Of a stretch of DNA of 64,000 nt, positions 51,520 through 64,000 are shown piece by piece. Position 1 is the stretch's first letter. Every line of letters starts with the position of its first letter. The position numbers were made by a program, and so were the translations under genes. The DNA comes from Octopus vulgaris (taxonomy: Eukaryota). The stretch is taken from contig OX597828.1 of assembly GCA_951406725.2 (NCBI GenBank), positions 40,796,001 to 40,860,000 on the forward strand, written 5' to 3'. The notes under the pieces are model-generated. The model was given only the letters and a program-made list of their open reading frames with translations. It had not been told where the DNA came from and did no database searches.

Positions 51520-51888
51520 AAAGAATAGACAATGATATAAATTATAGAGATATTGAGGGAGAGAAAAAGGATGAGAGGAATGGAAGAGGAATGAGACAGA
51601 CAGATAGGGAAACATTGACAAAGAGAAAGACAGGATATGATAGAGAGGGAGAACACTGAGAGAATCAGAGTATATTGAGGAAGAGACAGAGAAAACTAAA
51701 GGGAAGAAGAGATGTTATAAAGACAGTGAGAAAAGGGGAAAATCTGGAAGACTTAGAGACATTTGAAAAAACAGTCAAAGAGAGACAGAAGTGGTGAGAA
51801 AGACTGGAAGAAAAAGGCAGAATATTAAAGTGAAGTCAGAGAAGAAGAGTTCAAAAGGCACATATACACACACTCATGAGAAAGAGAG

Positions 51889-51932
<44 letters not shown>

Positions 51933-52150
51933 AGGAGGTGGGACACTGAATGAAGAATGAGAAATAAGAGGCAAAAGAAGGAAAATGTGAAGAAAAGAGT
52001 AAAGGAGAATGAGAGAAATAGAGAAACTAGGAAAGAAGCAAATGGAAAGGAAGGAGGAGGAGGAATAAAGAAAGGGAAACAGAAGGAATCAGAAGAACAA
52101 GGAATTAGATCAGTGTGTGTGTGTGTGAGAGAGAAAGAGAGAGAGAGAAT
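51520..52150. repeat. Purine-rich (GA) low-complexity tract
   Basis: Plus strand is predominantly A/G. Confidence 0.85.
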
Positions 52151-52182
52151 GGGAGTAGACAAACCGATATATACATAACAAG

Positions 52183-52226
<44 letters not shown>

Positions 52227-52227
52227 C

Positions 52228-52268
<41 letters not shown>

Positions 52269-52480
52269 TAGAAACAGGTAGATTGATTGAGAGCTAGAAA
52301 GATGAGTAAATAGATAGATTCATATACATACATACATACATACATACATACATGCATGCACACACACACACACACATGTCTGTATACACATGTATTGATT
52401 GATATGTTATTGATAGATATATTAATACATTCATGCATATATATGTATGCATATATATTGGTATGTATGTATGGCCTTTG

Positions 52481-52560
52481 GGCCATTTGAGTTTGATGAG
52501 TTGCCTGCACGGCTAAGGACTTTATAGGTGCAAAACCAATGGCTACTCTCTGACTGGCCA
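52481..52560 (+). ncRNA. Second degenerate copy of the same hammerhead
   Basis: Gap-free alignment with 50361-50440; GAGT/ACTC stem I, GGCCA/TGGCC outer stem. Confidence 0.6.
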
Positions 52561-52601
52561 TAATAATCAACATCCTAAAATATATGTATACTGTATATAG
52601 A

Positions 52602-52670
<69 letters not shown>

Positions 52671-52797
52671 TATACAAATTGAGATAGGAGTTGTAAATGC
52701 AACCCTATATGGGATAACTGTCTGTCTGCCTGTCTGTCTGTATGTCTGTGTGTCTGTCTCTCTATATATGCGTATACATGTACATACAGATACATAC

Positions 52798-52843
<46 letters not shown>

Positions 52844-52848
52844 ATATG

Positions 52849-52880
<32 letters not shown>

Positions 52881-53112
52881 CAAATTGAGATAGGGGTTAC
52901 ACTCCTTTATGTACACTGTTTTGTTCTACTTTTTTATGTTTAACCCTATAATTTCTTAAGTGGTGGTTTAATAAATTATGTGATTGAGTATTATCTGGTA
53001 ATTGATATTTGATTTAGATGTATTTCTCCATTTTCTTATTTTGTATATATATATATGTATGTATGTATAGAGATAGATTGATAGATAGACAGACAGATAG
53101 ATAGATAGATAA

Positions 53113-53215
<103 letters not shown>

Positions 53216-53269
53216 TAGGCAGACAGAGGAGCTGCGACAACTTCCAAGGGAGATAACCCCGAGCGCACT

Positions 53270-53483
53270 ACCCACCCCGACTTCGATTGGCACTTAACGT
53301 CCTTTTCGCCATTAATTGCTGATTGAGTGCGCATGCGGATGTTTTGAAATCGGCCGCAACACGAGCGAGTTGTTTACGTCAAATTGAATGTTTATTGGCC
53401 AAGTACCTTGCGAGACTTTTTACTCTTACGGCCGCTGCTGATTGTCCGTCCTGCTTCATTTAGCTGTATGCTTCTGCGAATAG
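53270..53483 (+). promoter_or_regulatory. CpG-rich promoter and probable non-coding first exon of a plus-strand gene
   Basis: ATTGG boxes at 53286 and 53394, NRF1 TGCGCATGCG 53328-53337, TTACGTCA 53374-53381, donor TAG|GTAATT at 53483/53484 followed by T-rich intron-like sequence. Confidence 0.65.
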
Positions 53484-54029
53484 GTAATTTATTTCTTTTC
53501 ATTCTTTTCTACTCCTTTATTTTTCACGTTAAGAATGAATGAATGAAAAAGAAAAGAAAAGCGAAGGAAAACCGTGCAATACATTTTACTACACAAAATT
53601 CCAAGTCTTTCTCTCTTTTTTTCTACCTCCCTTTCCCTCTCTATGTGTTTTGGAGGGCTGGAACCTTCGTTCTATTTACATATACATGTGTATGTATTTA
53701 AAACATGCATGTTTAATATGCACAAACGTGCCTTTTCTTATATACGCATATATATATATATATATATATATTTTCTTTCAAGAAATGATTTCACGTAAAC
53801 AAAAAAGAGAAACAAAATATTTAGAAAGAGAAGAAAAAAAATCATGTGCTTAAACACAATTATTGTAGAATCGTAGGATGGATGATGGGCAAAGGAAAGG
53901 TGATATTACTAGGTAATTCGAATAGATAGTGCGTGTGTTGAAGTATTAACCAAACTACAAGAAATTCTGTGTATAAGTATGCATATACATACATATGCAT
54001 ATACATACACACACACATATGTATGTATG

Positions 54030-54063
<34 letters not shown>

Positions 54064-54086
54064 TACACATATATACATATACATAC

Positions 54087-54141
<55 letters not shown>

Positions 54142-54164
54142 TGTATGTATATGTATATATGTGT

Positions 54165-54195
<31 letters not shown>

Positions 54196-54854
54196 CATAC
54201 ATACATACATATATATATATGTATATTTGTAAGCCCCTTGTGGGCAGTAAAGAAATATATATGTATATTTGTAAAACATATGTATGTATGTATGTATGTA
54301 TGTATGCATGTATGTGTGCATGTATGTGCATGTATGATCAATAGCTACGTGTAACTTTGTTGATAATTGCTGTAATACGTACCTGCTCTGTAAGGAGTAT
54401 AATGTCATTGTTTCGTCTGATTTATTCATTATTTATAGCCTTTTCTGATGTTCCATTTTGAAAGAGATAATTCATTTATAATTATCAATATTCTCATCGT
54501 TTTCAAGAAATTATTATATGCCTTTTATTTACTTTCTTTTTTGTTTTTGGGAAGAGAGAAGATAGGGGTGGTTCATGGAAATATTTCCTTTCACTCCCTG
54601 TCTCCGAATGTTCAATCACCATGAACATTGGTGATCAATGCCTGTTGATTTCTATAATACATCATAATCAACGGATTCTCAGCTCCCCGGCTTGTAGCCA
54701 TTTCAATTCGTTTCGCTTTAATGTCACTAATGCCCTTGAGAAAGGCATGAACATTATGAAATCTCATAACATCATCTTTCCCTCCACTATAAAAACACCG
54801 AATCTCTGGTGTCTGTAAGAAATCACCAGACCATAAAAGTTGATGCTAGAAATA

Positions 54855-55045
54855 ATAATTATCATCACCTCCACCACAACCACCACCACCACCACCATCA
54901 TTATCATCACTATCACTTTTATTATCATCTTCCTCATCACTGCCACCACCACCACCATCATCACCATCATCATCACCATTATCATCATCATAATAATCAT
55001 CATCATCATCACCATTTATATCATTATTATAATTATTATATAATC
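54855..55045. repeat. (CAC)n/(CAT)n trinucleotide low complexity
   Basis: Directly visible; explains the His-, Met- and Ile-rich ORFs. Confidence 0.9.
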
Positions 55046-55810
55046 GTCATTATTTCACCTAGTTGCTTGCTGTCGTGTGGAAGAGGTTAAGCTGTCGGAG
55101 ATCCGTGTGTTTCCGCAATTCAGTTTTATTACCCCTTCTGGGGGGGAAAACAGCCCTTTTGATTCCTGTCATATTAACGTCTCTGACGCCCTTGAGGGTG
55201 AAAATAAGCCATGATCGTCACAATTTTCTGCAGACCATGTCCCCTCTCCCCTAAGAAAAAGAAAAAAAAAATCTTTACCCTTCACAGTTACGAAAAGAAA
55301 ACTGATATTTTGTCGAAATGCTGTGTTGGTATTCGAATTAGTGGATGGAAGAAGCCAAAGATAAACCGACTAACGTCTGTGTAGTTGTGAGATTTACGCA
55401 ATTTAAGGCGGTTGAATTATCTTTTGTTATTTATTTATTCATATACCGTTTGATATGGACTTCAGATGGGTTCTTAGAAGAATAAATATATTTACTCAAT
55501 TTAAAACAAAATTCAAAGAAAGGCAATAATAATAATGTTTATTCAAGCTTCTTCCAATATACATGTAAATATGTGTGTGTGTATTTATATAAGGGAAGGG
55601 GCGGGGAGATTAAGTGATTAAATGAATGCAACACGTTAATATTTGGGGAGGGGTTTTCTGTTCTTTAATAATAATAATACACGGTGAAATACCCCTGCAG
55701 CCTTTGAGCACGTGAGTGTATAATGTATAGGTGTGTATAATGTGTATGTTAGTGTGTATATACACACACAAACGGACAGCAAACACTCACTCATACACAT
55801 TATATATGTG

Positions 55811-55867
<57 letters not shown>

Positions 55868-56833
55868 TTGTGTGTGTGTATGTGTGTGTGTGTATGCTTG
55901 ATTAATATATTTTGTGTACAAAAGTATGTGCCTGTGTGTAGCGGAAAAGACCAGAAAATGCTACTGTATGCTGTGTATGTTCCTATATTAACTCATTTCC
56001 TTCTATTTCTCCGATAAATATGTCTGTCTCTTACACCGATTTAATATGCATATGTGTAACAATATCGTGCAATTTTTGGGAAAGGAAGTATTTCACCTCT
56101 ACTAATTATTAATTGTTATTAACATAACATAAAACTGCTTGATTCATTCTTCGTTTCTTATCGAGCAAGTTTTAGGGTTTCCGCCTCCTCCGTCATCACA
56201 CACAAACGTCTTTGCGCTCTCTCTCTCTCTTTGTATGTCTGCTTTCTGTCTTTATTTTCTCGTTCTCTCTGTATTCCTGATTTCTCTCTTTCTATGTCTC
56301 TACGCTCTCTCTCTTTCTCTCTTTCGATTTCCGTTCTCCCTCTTTTTCTTCTTTATTTTCTCCCTCCCTCCCTCTCTCTCGCTCTCTCCCTTTTGTGTCT
56401 CTTTTTCTTTCTCGTGATATTTTACAGCTCCTAACCTTAATTCCACACTTCCCGTTTCTCTTCCTTTCTTCTCCCTGCTCTGCTCCACCACTACTAATTG
56501 CAGTATACATCACCGTCCATATACTTCGATCAGTCTGCATCAGTCATCGATTCGCGGAAAATCAGCGGTGCAGCTCGACGTAGAACTGTTTTTTTTTTCT
56601 TCTTTTCTTTCTTCTCTCTCCCTCGTAACCTCATTCATTCGGACATAAAGCCTAACATATAGGCGTCCGTGCATTCTATCTTCTCTAAATAATAGACCCA
56701 TAGTGTGATTCGTTTGGGAACATGCTCGGCTTCCATTCATATATACACTGAAGCATATAGACACATACATAAATGCTGTACCCTTCACACACACACACAC
56801 ACAAGCATATGCATACATACATACGCACGTACG

Positions 56834-56889
<56 letters not shown>

Positions 56890-56963
56890 CGTTTGTAGAT
56901 GTGTATCTCTCTCTCTCTCTCTCTCTCTCCATATATATATATATATATATGTTTGTGGATGTA

Positions 56964-57067
<104 letters not shown>

Positions 57068-57073
57068 CAGACT

Positions 57074-57123
<50 letters not shown>

Positions 57124-57125
57124 GA

Positions 57126-57160
<35 letters not shown>

Positions 57161-59144
57161 CCTGACACAACATACATACATGAAAGAAGTATGTATGTTC
57201 TAAATTATAGGTCACAGTTTTGCACCTAAGTGACTGGAATTTCACATAGGAGCACATCTTTCTGGAAAGAAGGTCATAACGTAGGCTCGTATGGCTTTTA
57301 CTTAAGCTTTCTAGAAAAGGGATTGCTTCGTTGCAGTAATTATTCTCGATCTAACCCAAGACTGCCAGCATCTTTTCAGAGTAATTTATCTAAAATAGGG
57401 GTGTAGGGTTAATCACAAGATTGCGTTGAGGGGGTAGGGTTAATCATAAGATTGCGTTGAGGAGGTAGTGGTTGTTAATAAACCCGGGCAAGGCCAGGTA
57501 CTGCTACAAGAACTCGCGCGCACACACACACGCACGCACAAACACACACGCACACACACACAAACGCACACACACGCACGTACACGCACGCACACACTCA
57601 TGCAAGCGCATATATGTTTGTTTATTTTTCGTCTCAAGTTATATATAAAACAAAAACATTTTTTAAAACATTAAACTGGATTGCTCCATAAACTTTTTCA
57701 AGGAATATGTTGACAATAACTTCGAAGTTTCTGCGTATTCGCCTTTGTCAGACGATCGTGTGTGTGTGTGTGCGTGTGCGTGTGTGCGTGTGCGTGTGCG
57801 TGCGTGTGTGTATTCGTTCTGTTTGTCTTTTACTTGTGAGAAAATCGGTGGCTTTACTTATAAGGATACAGTGTTATCCTTGTTTATGGGTCTATGAGAA
57901 AACTGGGTTGTGGAGTTCATTCCTGTCCCATTGTCATTAACAATGACACTAAAGTATTAGAAAATATTAACACTTTCTCTTTTATGGTGCCTCTACACGG
58001 TCATTCTATCTACTAGAAATAGCTGTCAAATCTCCCTCAAATCATAACTTGCCGTTTTAAGTAAAACAGGACATAATATAATGTAGTTCTTGATACACAA
58101 TGCCTGATTAAAGGATGGAGTGGTGGTTATAACTGAAGTGATTTTAATTACAAGTCTACTTAATCAAGATCACCCTTCAACTTCTGCAACGAGTGAACTA
58201 GGAAATCTTATGTGGTCACTCGACCAGGTAGAAATAGCAGCTGCATCTCTCTCTTTCAAATAACATTTCATCGTCTGAGAGCGGAGAAGGACAGACGTTA
58301 GATAACAGTCCTTCATACCCTAAAATAAATGCAGGGTGGTCCGCACGGAAAGGCTTTTAAATTAGGTCTGCTCAGTCAAGCTTGACCTGGACCAACTAAA
58401 CATCAGCAACTACTACTACTACTACTACTACTGCTGCTGCTGCTACTGCTGCTGCGTATCTTAGTATAGCAGAATCTGCGACTCGATTTCAAATTCCACT
58501 CGGAAATATTTCATTTCACTTACGTCACAAAGGCCTTTATGAAAACCATGACAACCACAACATCCTATTCATTCTTCTAACTATTGACGAGGAGCATCGT
58601 GTTGATGTAATTTCCTTATCCACTGAACCGAACCCCTGTGATGCAGTTTAGATTCCTGTTTGCCATGATATCGTTTCCCTTTCGTTTCTTGTGCCTGACT
58701 TATGTCTACATAGATTACAAGGCCACAAGCAAAAAGGTTGCTACTACTCAACTGTTTAATCCCTCAAAAGTAGCAAATCTCTCTCAAATGCATCATGCTG
58801 TCCGAAAAAAAAACGGAAGGTGACATGAGACAATGTAGTTATAGGTATAGTGAAAAACAAGATGATCACGGTTGAAATGACTTTGATTATAGGTCTGCTA
58901 TGAAGGAACCTCCAGACTCCATAAGCGAATGTGAGGGTCCTCAATACTATTGCTTAACCTGTGAGAAATAGCAAATAAATTGTCCTGAAATAGTTCACTA
59001 CCATTTTTAAGTAGAGAAAATTTGGTCACTGTTGGAACACTTTTGATCATATAGCTGCCCAGTCAAGGCTGACTCGGGGCTAAACAATAAGAGCAGCAGC
59101 ACACCAACTTCATGTTGGAAATAAATGTTAACCAAAAAAAATAT

Positions 59145-59520
59145 AGGCACAAGTTGTGTGGTAGTAAGAAGATTGCTTCCCTACCACATGGTTCCAGGTT
59201 CAGTCCCACTGTGTGGTACCTTGAGCAGACTGTCTTTTATTATAACCTTGAGCTGACCAAAGCCTTGTGAATGGATTTGGTAGACAGAAACTGAAAGAAG
59301 TCCATCACGTATATACGCGTGTGTGTGTTTCTCCCCCACTACTGCTTGACAACTAGTGTTGGTGTGTTTACATCCATGTAACTTAGAAATTCAGCAAGAA
59401 GACCAATAGAATAAGTACAAGGCTTAAAAAAAGTACTGGAGTCAATTCATTTGACTAAAAACTCTTCAAGGCAGTGCCCCAGCATGGCCACAGTATAATA
59501 ACTGAAACAAGTAAAAGATA
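59145..59520 (+). mobile_element. SINE family A (CpG-decayed)
   Basis: Family A motifs with many CpG to TpG/CpA changes. Confidence 0.88.
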
Positions 59521-60149
59521 AACGATAACTATTAATTATTAACAATGGAAGTAGTATTAATACCAGAACATAATCTTTATATCCAATTTAACATGTTCTA
59601 ACAAGTCAGCCATGGATATAAAGATTACCTTTTGTTAACCAAATATTTTGGCATGTTGTCAAATATTGGGTGTTTGGAATCACTTGTGTCACATTCCAAA
59701 GGGTACAAAAAATACATTTTGAATAAAAGGTATCAAGCATTTCTTCTAAACACTGTGCAATAATAGAAACCATTAATATGCAGAAAGGAAGAGTAACCAT
59801 TGTGCTTGGAGTTCAGCACCTTACCTGCTTTCACTGAGGCTACCAGCAGAACCTTTCAGCATGCATGAGATATATTGGACTGTGGAAAGAGTGCAGTATC
59901 ACAGACTGTTACACTGTATCCCATATATTACACCACTGCATGTTGGAGTGTACAGTAGAGTCGTCAGCAAGGTGGAAACATACTACGACTGTGGAGATGC
60001 ATCTGTGAGGTTCCTTGCCATTCAAATAATTACCTATATGACATTTGGCTGCTCAGTCAAGGTTGGTCTGGGGGCTACACAGCAACAGAGCTGATTTGAG
60101 GATATGCAAGAGAGAGTTATGATGATGATGATGACAATGACGATGACAA

Positions 60150-60855
60150 TAATAGTAATAATAATAATAATAATAATGAAATTATTGTGTTCAGGTGCAC
60201 TGCAACTCATCAAAGGTACATGTACAGTACATAGAATTATGTACAAAAGTCAGGAAAGTGAACAGTGTATGAGTCATGATATACACGTGTGCATGTGTAT
60301 GGAGGGGGGATGTCAGGTGTAGTGTTGGCGAATTTCAGGAAGCATGGAGGTTTTAAAGGATGCAGATAACAACTGATGCAGGTAGTTTGTTCCATACTTC
60401 AGCAACTCTGAGTGTGAAAAAATGTTTCTGAGAGTCATGGGAGCTCTGCTGTTTTCTGACTTTGTAGGCATGGCCACATGTGTTAGACACATGGAGCTCA
60501 AAAAGGTGCTCAAGGTGGTTGTTGGCTCGATGGTTAATAATTTTGTGGGTGTTTACCAAGTCAGTTGCCAGACATCGGAGTTTCAATGTATCTATGCCTA
60601 GGGAAGCAAGGCATTCAGAGTATGGTAGATGCTTGATGGTGGTTATTCGCTTGGTTGCATGTCTCTGAACAGTTTCCAGGAGGTCAATGTTCTGAATAAG
60701 ATAGGGGTTTCAGACCGGTGATGCAAATTCCAAGTGCGGCCGCACCATATACAGCCTTAAATAGATAGCTGGAGAGCGGCTGACAAAGGTCTTGCTGAGT
60801 GATGCCAAGACACCCTCGGCCTTCTTGACAATTTTAGAGATGTGCTTTGTCCAGC
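60150..60855 (-). pseudogene. CR1/L2-group LINE, 5'-truncated 3' end with (ATT)n tail
   Basis: VRPHLEFASPV*NPYL, LETVQRHATKRI, TCGHAYK, HFFTLRVAEVWNKLP. Confidence 0.88.
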
Positions 60856-62374
60856 TGCTGACAGGAAGCAAGTTATGTGAGATGGCTCAACCAAAGATGA
60901 AGTGTTGTTAGTACACAACATTTCTCAAGCCTAAAAACAACAACCACCTTCATTACTTGTGCCAAAGTAGTCAAATATATTAAACAAATTAATCAAAAGC
61001 CTCTGTGTGGTCACTTGATCTGCTAGAAACAGCAGCCAAATTAGTCTCAAATCACATCCTACACTAGTTCTCAGTCTCTTTGACTTTGCAATGTTTAGAG
61101 ACAACAAGTTTAAAAAATTGTTTTAAGGTTAAAAATTAGAGACAAAAATGTGTAGGAAACTATTGTTTATCTTGTGTATTATAACAAAATTATGAATAAC
61201 ATAAAAACTTTATAATGGATTTCCTAAAACATTAAATAATATTTTTTTAAATCCATAGGCCACTTAGGTTACCCCCCTTTCAGCAAATCTCTGACCAATG
61301 ACATTCCAGTTGTGAACATTGTTTTAATTTATGCTTCCAAGTCCACATAGTCCAATACCGTTTGGAATATGTCAGACTGTGAGTTAGATCTGTGGTAATT
61401 TTATCCACTTGATCCAAAAAATTATTTTCTGTTTGATGTTTACAATGAAAGAGCTTCTACATGGTTGTCTGATCTGCTAGAAATAGTTGTCAAATTTCCC
61501 TCAAATCATATATTACCATTTAAAAAACAAACATTGGATAATCTAGTTCTTGATGTACCATGTCTAAAAAAAAAAACAGACAGGATGGTCATAGCTGTAT
61601 TGTTTTTGATCAGAGGTTTACTTGATTGGAGCTTACCTGGAACTAAGTGTCAGGTCTGTTAGTTTATTTTGTTGGAAAAACAGGAATGAATGGAAGAAGG
61701 ACAGTGATTTTGGAGCTACCCTTTATAAAGAGTGTCATGACTGAAATTTGAACTTCCGAACGTTGATGTCTATAGGAAATATTTGGTAGGCTAGAACATC
61801 TGGGAAGACATGATTCAAGAGAAACGAGAAGGGGCGTTTTGGTATTTGCTCAACTCCAAGTTCAGCCTTGACCGAGCAATTCAAAGGTTTTCCTACCACC
61901 GCCATCCTTTCCTTCTCCGACTCATTGCACACCTAGGATTACATTGTCCAGTGTCTCCCTACCACCACCACCACCACCACCCCTACTGCCTTCTTCAACA
62001 CAGTAAGATGTAATTTGAGGTAGATTTGGCTGCTGTTTGTTGCAAGCCAAGCAACTATATAGAGGCTCTTTTATTGGCTTTTTTTGTAAAAGTATTTCTT
62101 GTTTAACTGGAAAGATGACAAGACGTGAGGAGAGACAGGAATGTCAAGTAATAAAAAAAAAGTGGTAATTTGCACTTTACTTGTTGAAAATTACAGACTC
62201 CATTGTAGTATAACAGAAATGGACAGAAGAATCAACGTCTGTGAGTCAGTGGGTATACCTGTTGTTGTTGCTGTTAGCTCCTGGCTAGCCCTGATCCACC
62301 AAACTTAACACCAAAAGTGTTCCTGCCAAGAACATTCATTTGTCTTTATTCATGCAAAGTGTATCTATAGACAC

Positions 62375-62534
62375 AAGCATGGCTGTGTGGTAAGAAGCTT
62401 GCTTCCCAATCATGTAGCTTTGGGTTCAGTCTCAGTGCATGGCACCTTGGACAAGCGTCTTCTACTATAGCCTTGGGTTGACCAAACCCTTGTGAGTGAA
62501 TTTGGTAGACAAACCGACAAAAGCACATTGTATG

Positions 62535-62583
<49 letters not shown>

Positions 62584-63065
62584 CTTTTATTCTTTTACTT
62601 GTTTCAGTCATTTGACTGTGGCTATGCTGGAGCACCGTCTTTAGTCAAACAATTTGACCCCAGGACTTACTCTTTGTAAGCTTAGTACTTATTCTATTGG
62701 TCCTTTTTGCTGAACCACTAAGTTATAGGGATGTAAACACACCAACATCGGTTGTCAAGCAATGGTGGGAAGACAAATACAGACACATAAATACATGCAC
62801 ACACACACACACGTGTGTGTTTCTGTCTACCAAATCCACTTACGAGGTTTTGGTTGGCCTGAGGTTATAGTAGAAGACACTCACCCAAGGTGCCACGCAG
62901 TGAGACTGAATCCAGTATTGGCGTGTTTACATCCCCATAACTTGGCAGTTTGGCAAAAGTGACTGATAGAATAAATACTAGGCTTAAGAAATAAGTTCTG
63001 GGGTCATAAAAGCCTTCAAGGCAGTGCTCCAGCATGGCCACAGTCAAATGACTGAAGCAAGAAAG
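62375..63065. mobile_element. Nested SINE family A: plus copy split by a minus copy (62582-62912)
   Basis: Head 62375-62530 and tail 62913-63065 on plus; opposite-strand copy lies in the microsatellite linker. Confidence 0.8.
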
Positions 63066-63539
63066 AGAGAGAACTATAACAAAACCATCGTATGTGTCCT
63101 TCATCCTTTTATCTTTTAAACGGCATTGCATGATTTGTAGAGTAGCAGTTGATATTTCTAGGTTGCCAAGTGACCTTGTAGGGGATTCATCATTATTAGC
63201 TCAGGTGTTTGTAGTGTGTTGTTGTGGAAAGCTTTTCCAGTTAGATGACATCAAATGCAAGCCTAAAAGCCTGCTATGGATCTCATCTACAATGTATGTG
63301 TGTGTGTTTGTTTGTATCAGAAGCAGCATCCCAGATATGTAAGCCATTACTCTAGAGTATGTACATGAAACTACATAAGATGGCTTCTTGGTTCAAAAGC
63401 CATTGGTGCAGAAGCTGGATGCTTTTAAGGTTATTCCACTTGATTTGAATGAAATGGTGCTGTGATTAGTATATTTTTCACAGTAATAGCAGCTTCTGAA
63501 ATTAAGAGAACATGTACCAAACTTTTGGAAGAGTGGTAA

Positions 63540-63772
63540 GGCGGCGAGCTGGCAGAAACGTTAGCATGTCAGGCGAAATGCGTAGCTGTATTTCGTCTGT
63601 CATTACGTTGTGGGTTCAAATTCCGCCGAGGTCGACTTTGCCTTTCATCCTTTCGGGGTCGATAAATTAAGTACCAGTTACACACTGGGTCAATGTAATT
63701 GACTTAATACCTATGTCTGTCCTTGTTTGTCCTCTCTATGTTTAGCCCCTTGTGGGTAATAAAGAAATAGGT
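63540..63772 (+). mobile_element. SINE family B, full length
   Basis: GGCGGCGAGCTGGCAGAAACG head to AAAGAAATAG end. Confidence 0.92.
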
Positions 63773-64000
63773 GAGTCTGCATATTTAAAAATTTGCTACT
63801 CTGCTTCCTGAAATCTATTTTCAGTTTCTCAAGGTTTTTTTTTTTTTTTTTTTTTCCAATCTGAGACTAAATTGGGAAATTCACCAATCTCTTTCTTTCC
63901 TAAAACGATGGTTTAGATGGATTGGGGGTGACGAATTCTCCTTAGAAATATAGAAATATTATCGTTTGGTTATATATTGACACCCTTGTTGTGATGCTGT

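Noticed and set aside
57397-57470. Tandem duplication of about 32 bp containing TAGGGTTAA
   Set aside because: Ordinary two-unit slippage duplication; not telomeric.

Overview
AT-rich, microsatellite-saturated eukaryotic DNA. The SINE repertoire and the (TA)n/(TAGA)n/(TATG)n load point to a coleoid cephalopod, most likely Octopus (inference). No intact, recognisable cellular protein-coding gene is visible, and almost all long ORFs in the track are microsatellite artefacts. Supported content: (i) many tRNA-derived and RTE-tailed SINE copies; (ii) decayed LINE fragments (Tx1/L1-like RT, ORF1 and endonuclease; RTE; CR1/L2-like; R4/Dong-like RLE; Penelope-like C-terminus); (iii) DNA-transposon relics (internally deleted mariner, two non-autonomous Helitrons, Merlin-, hAT- and piggyBac-like MITEs); (iv) CpG-rich promoter-like sites near 22.1, 33.8, 37.7 and 53.3 kb. 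The 22.1 kb site appears to drive a spliced minus-strand transcript without a long ORF, and the 53.3 kb site a plus-strand transcript. Most notable: three degenerate type I hammerhead ribozyme relics, an unexplained highly structured 158-nt insert, two local templated duplications, an inverted RTE insertion fused in frame to a Penelope-like C-terminus, and RLE-LINE pieces embedded in (TATG)n arrays. All coordinates were read by eye; SINE and LINE boundaries are approximate.
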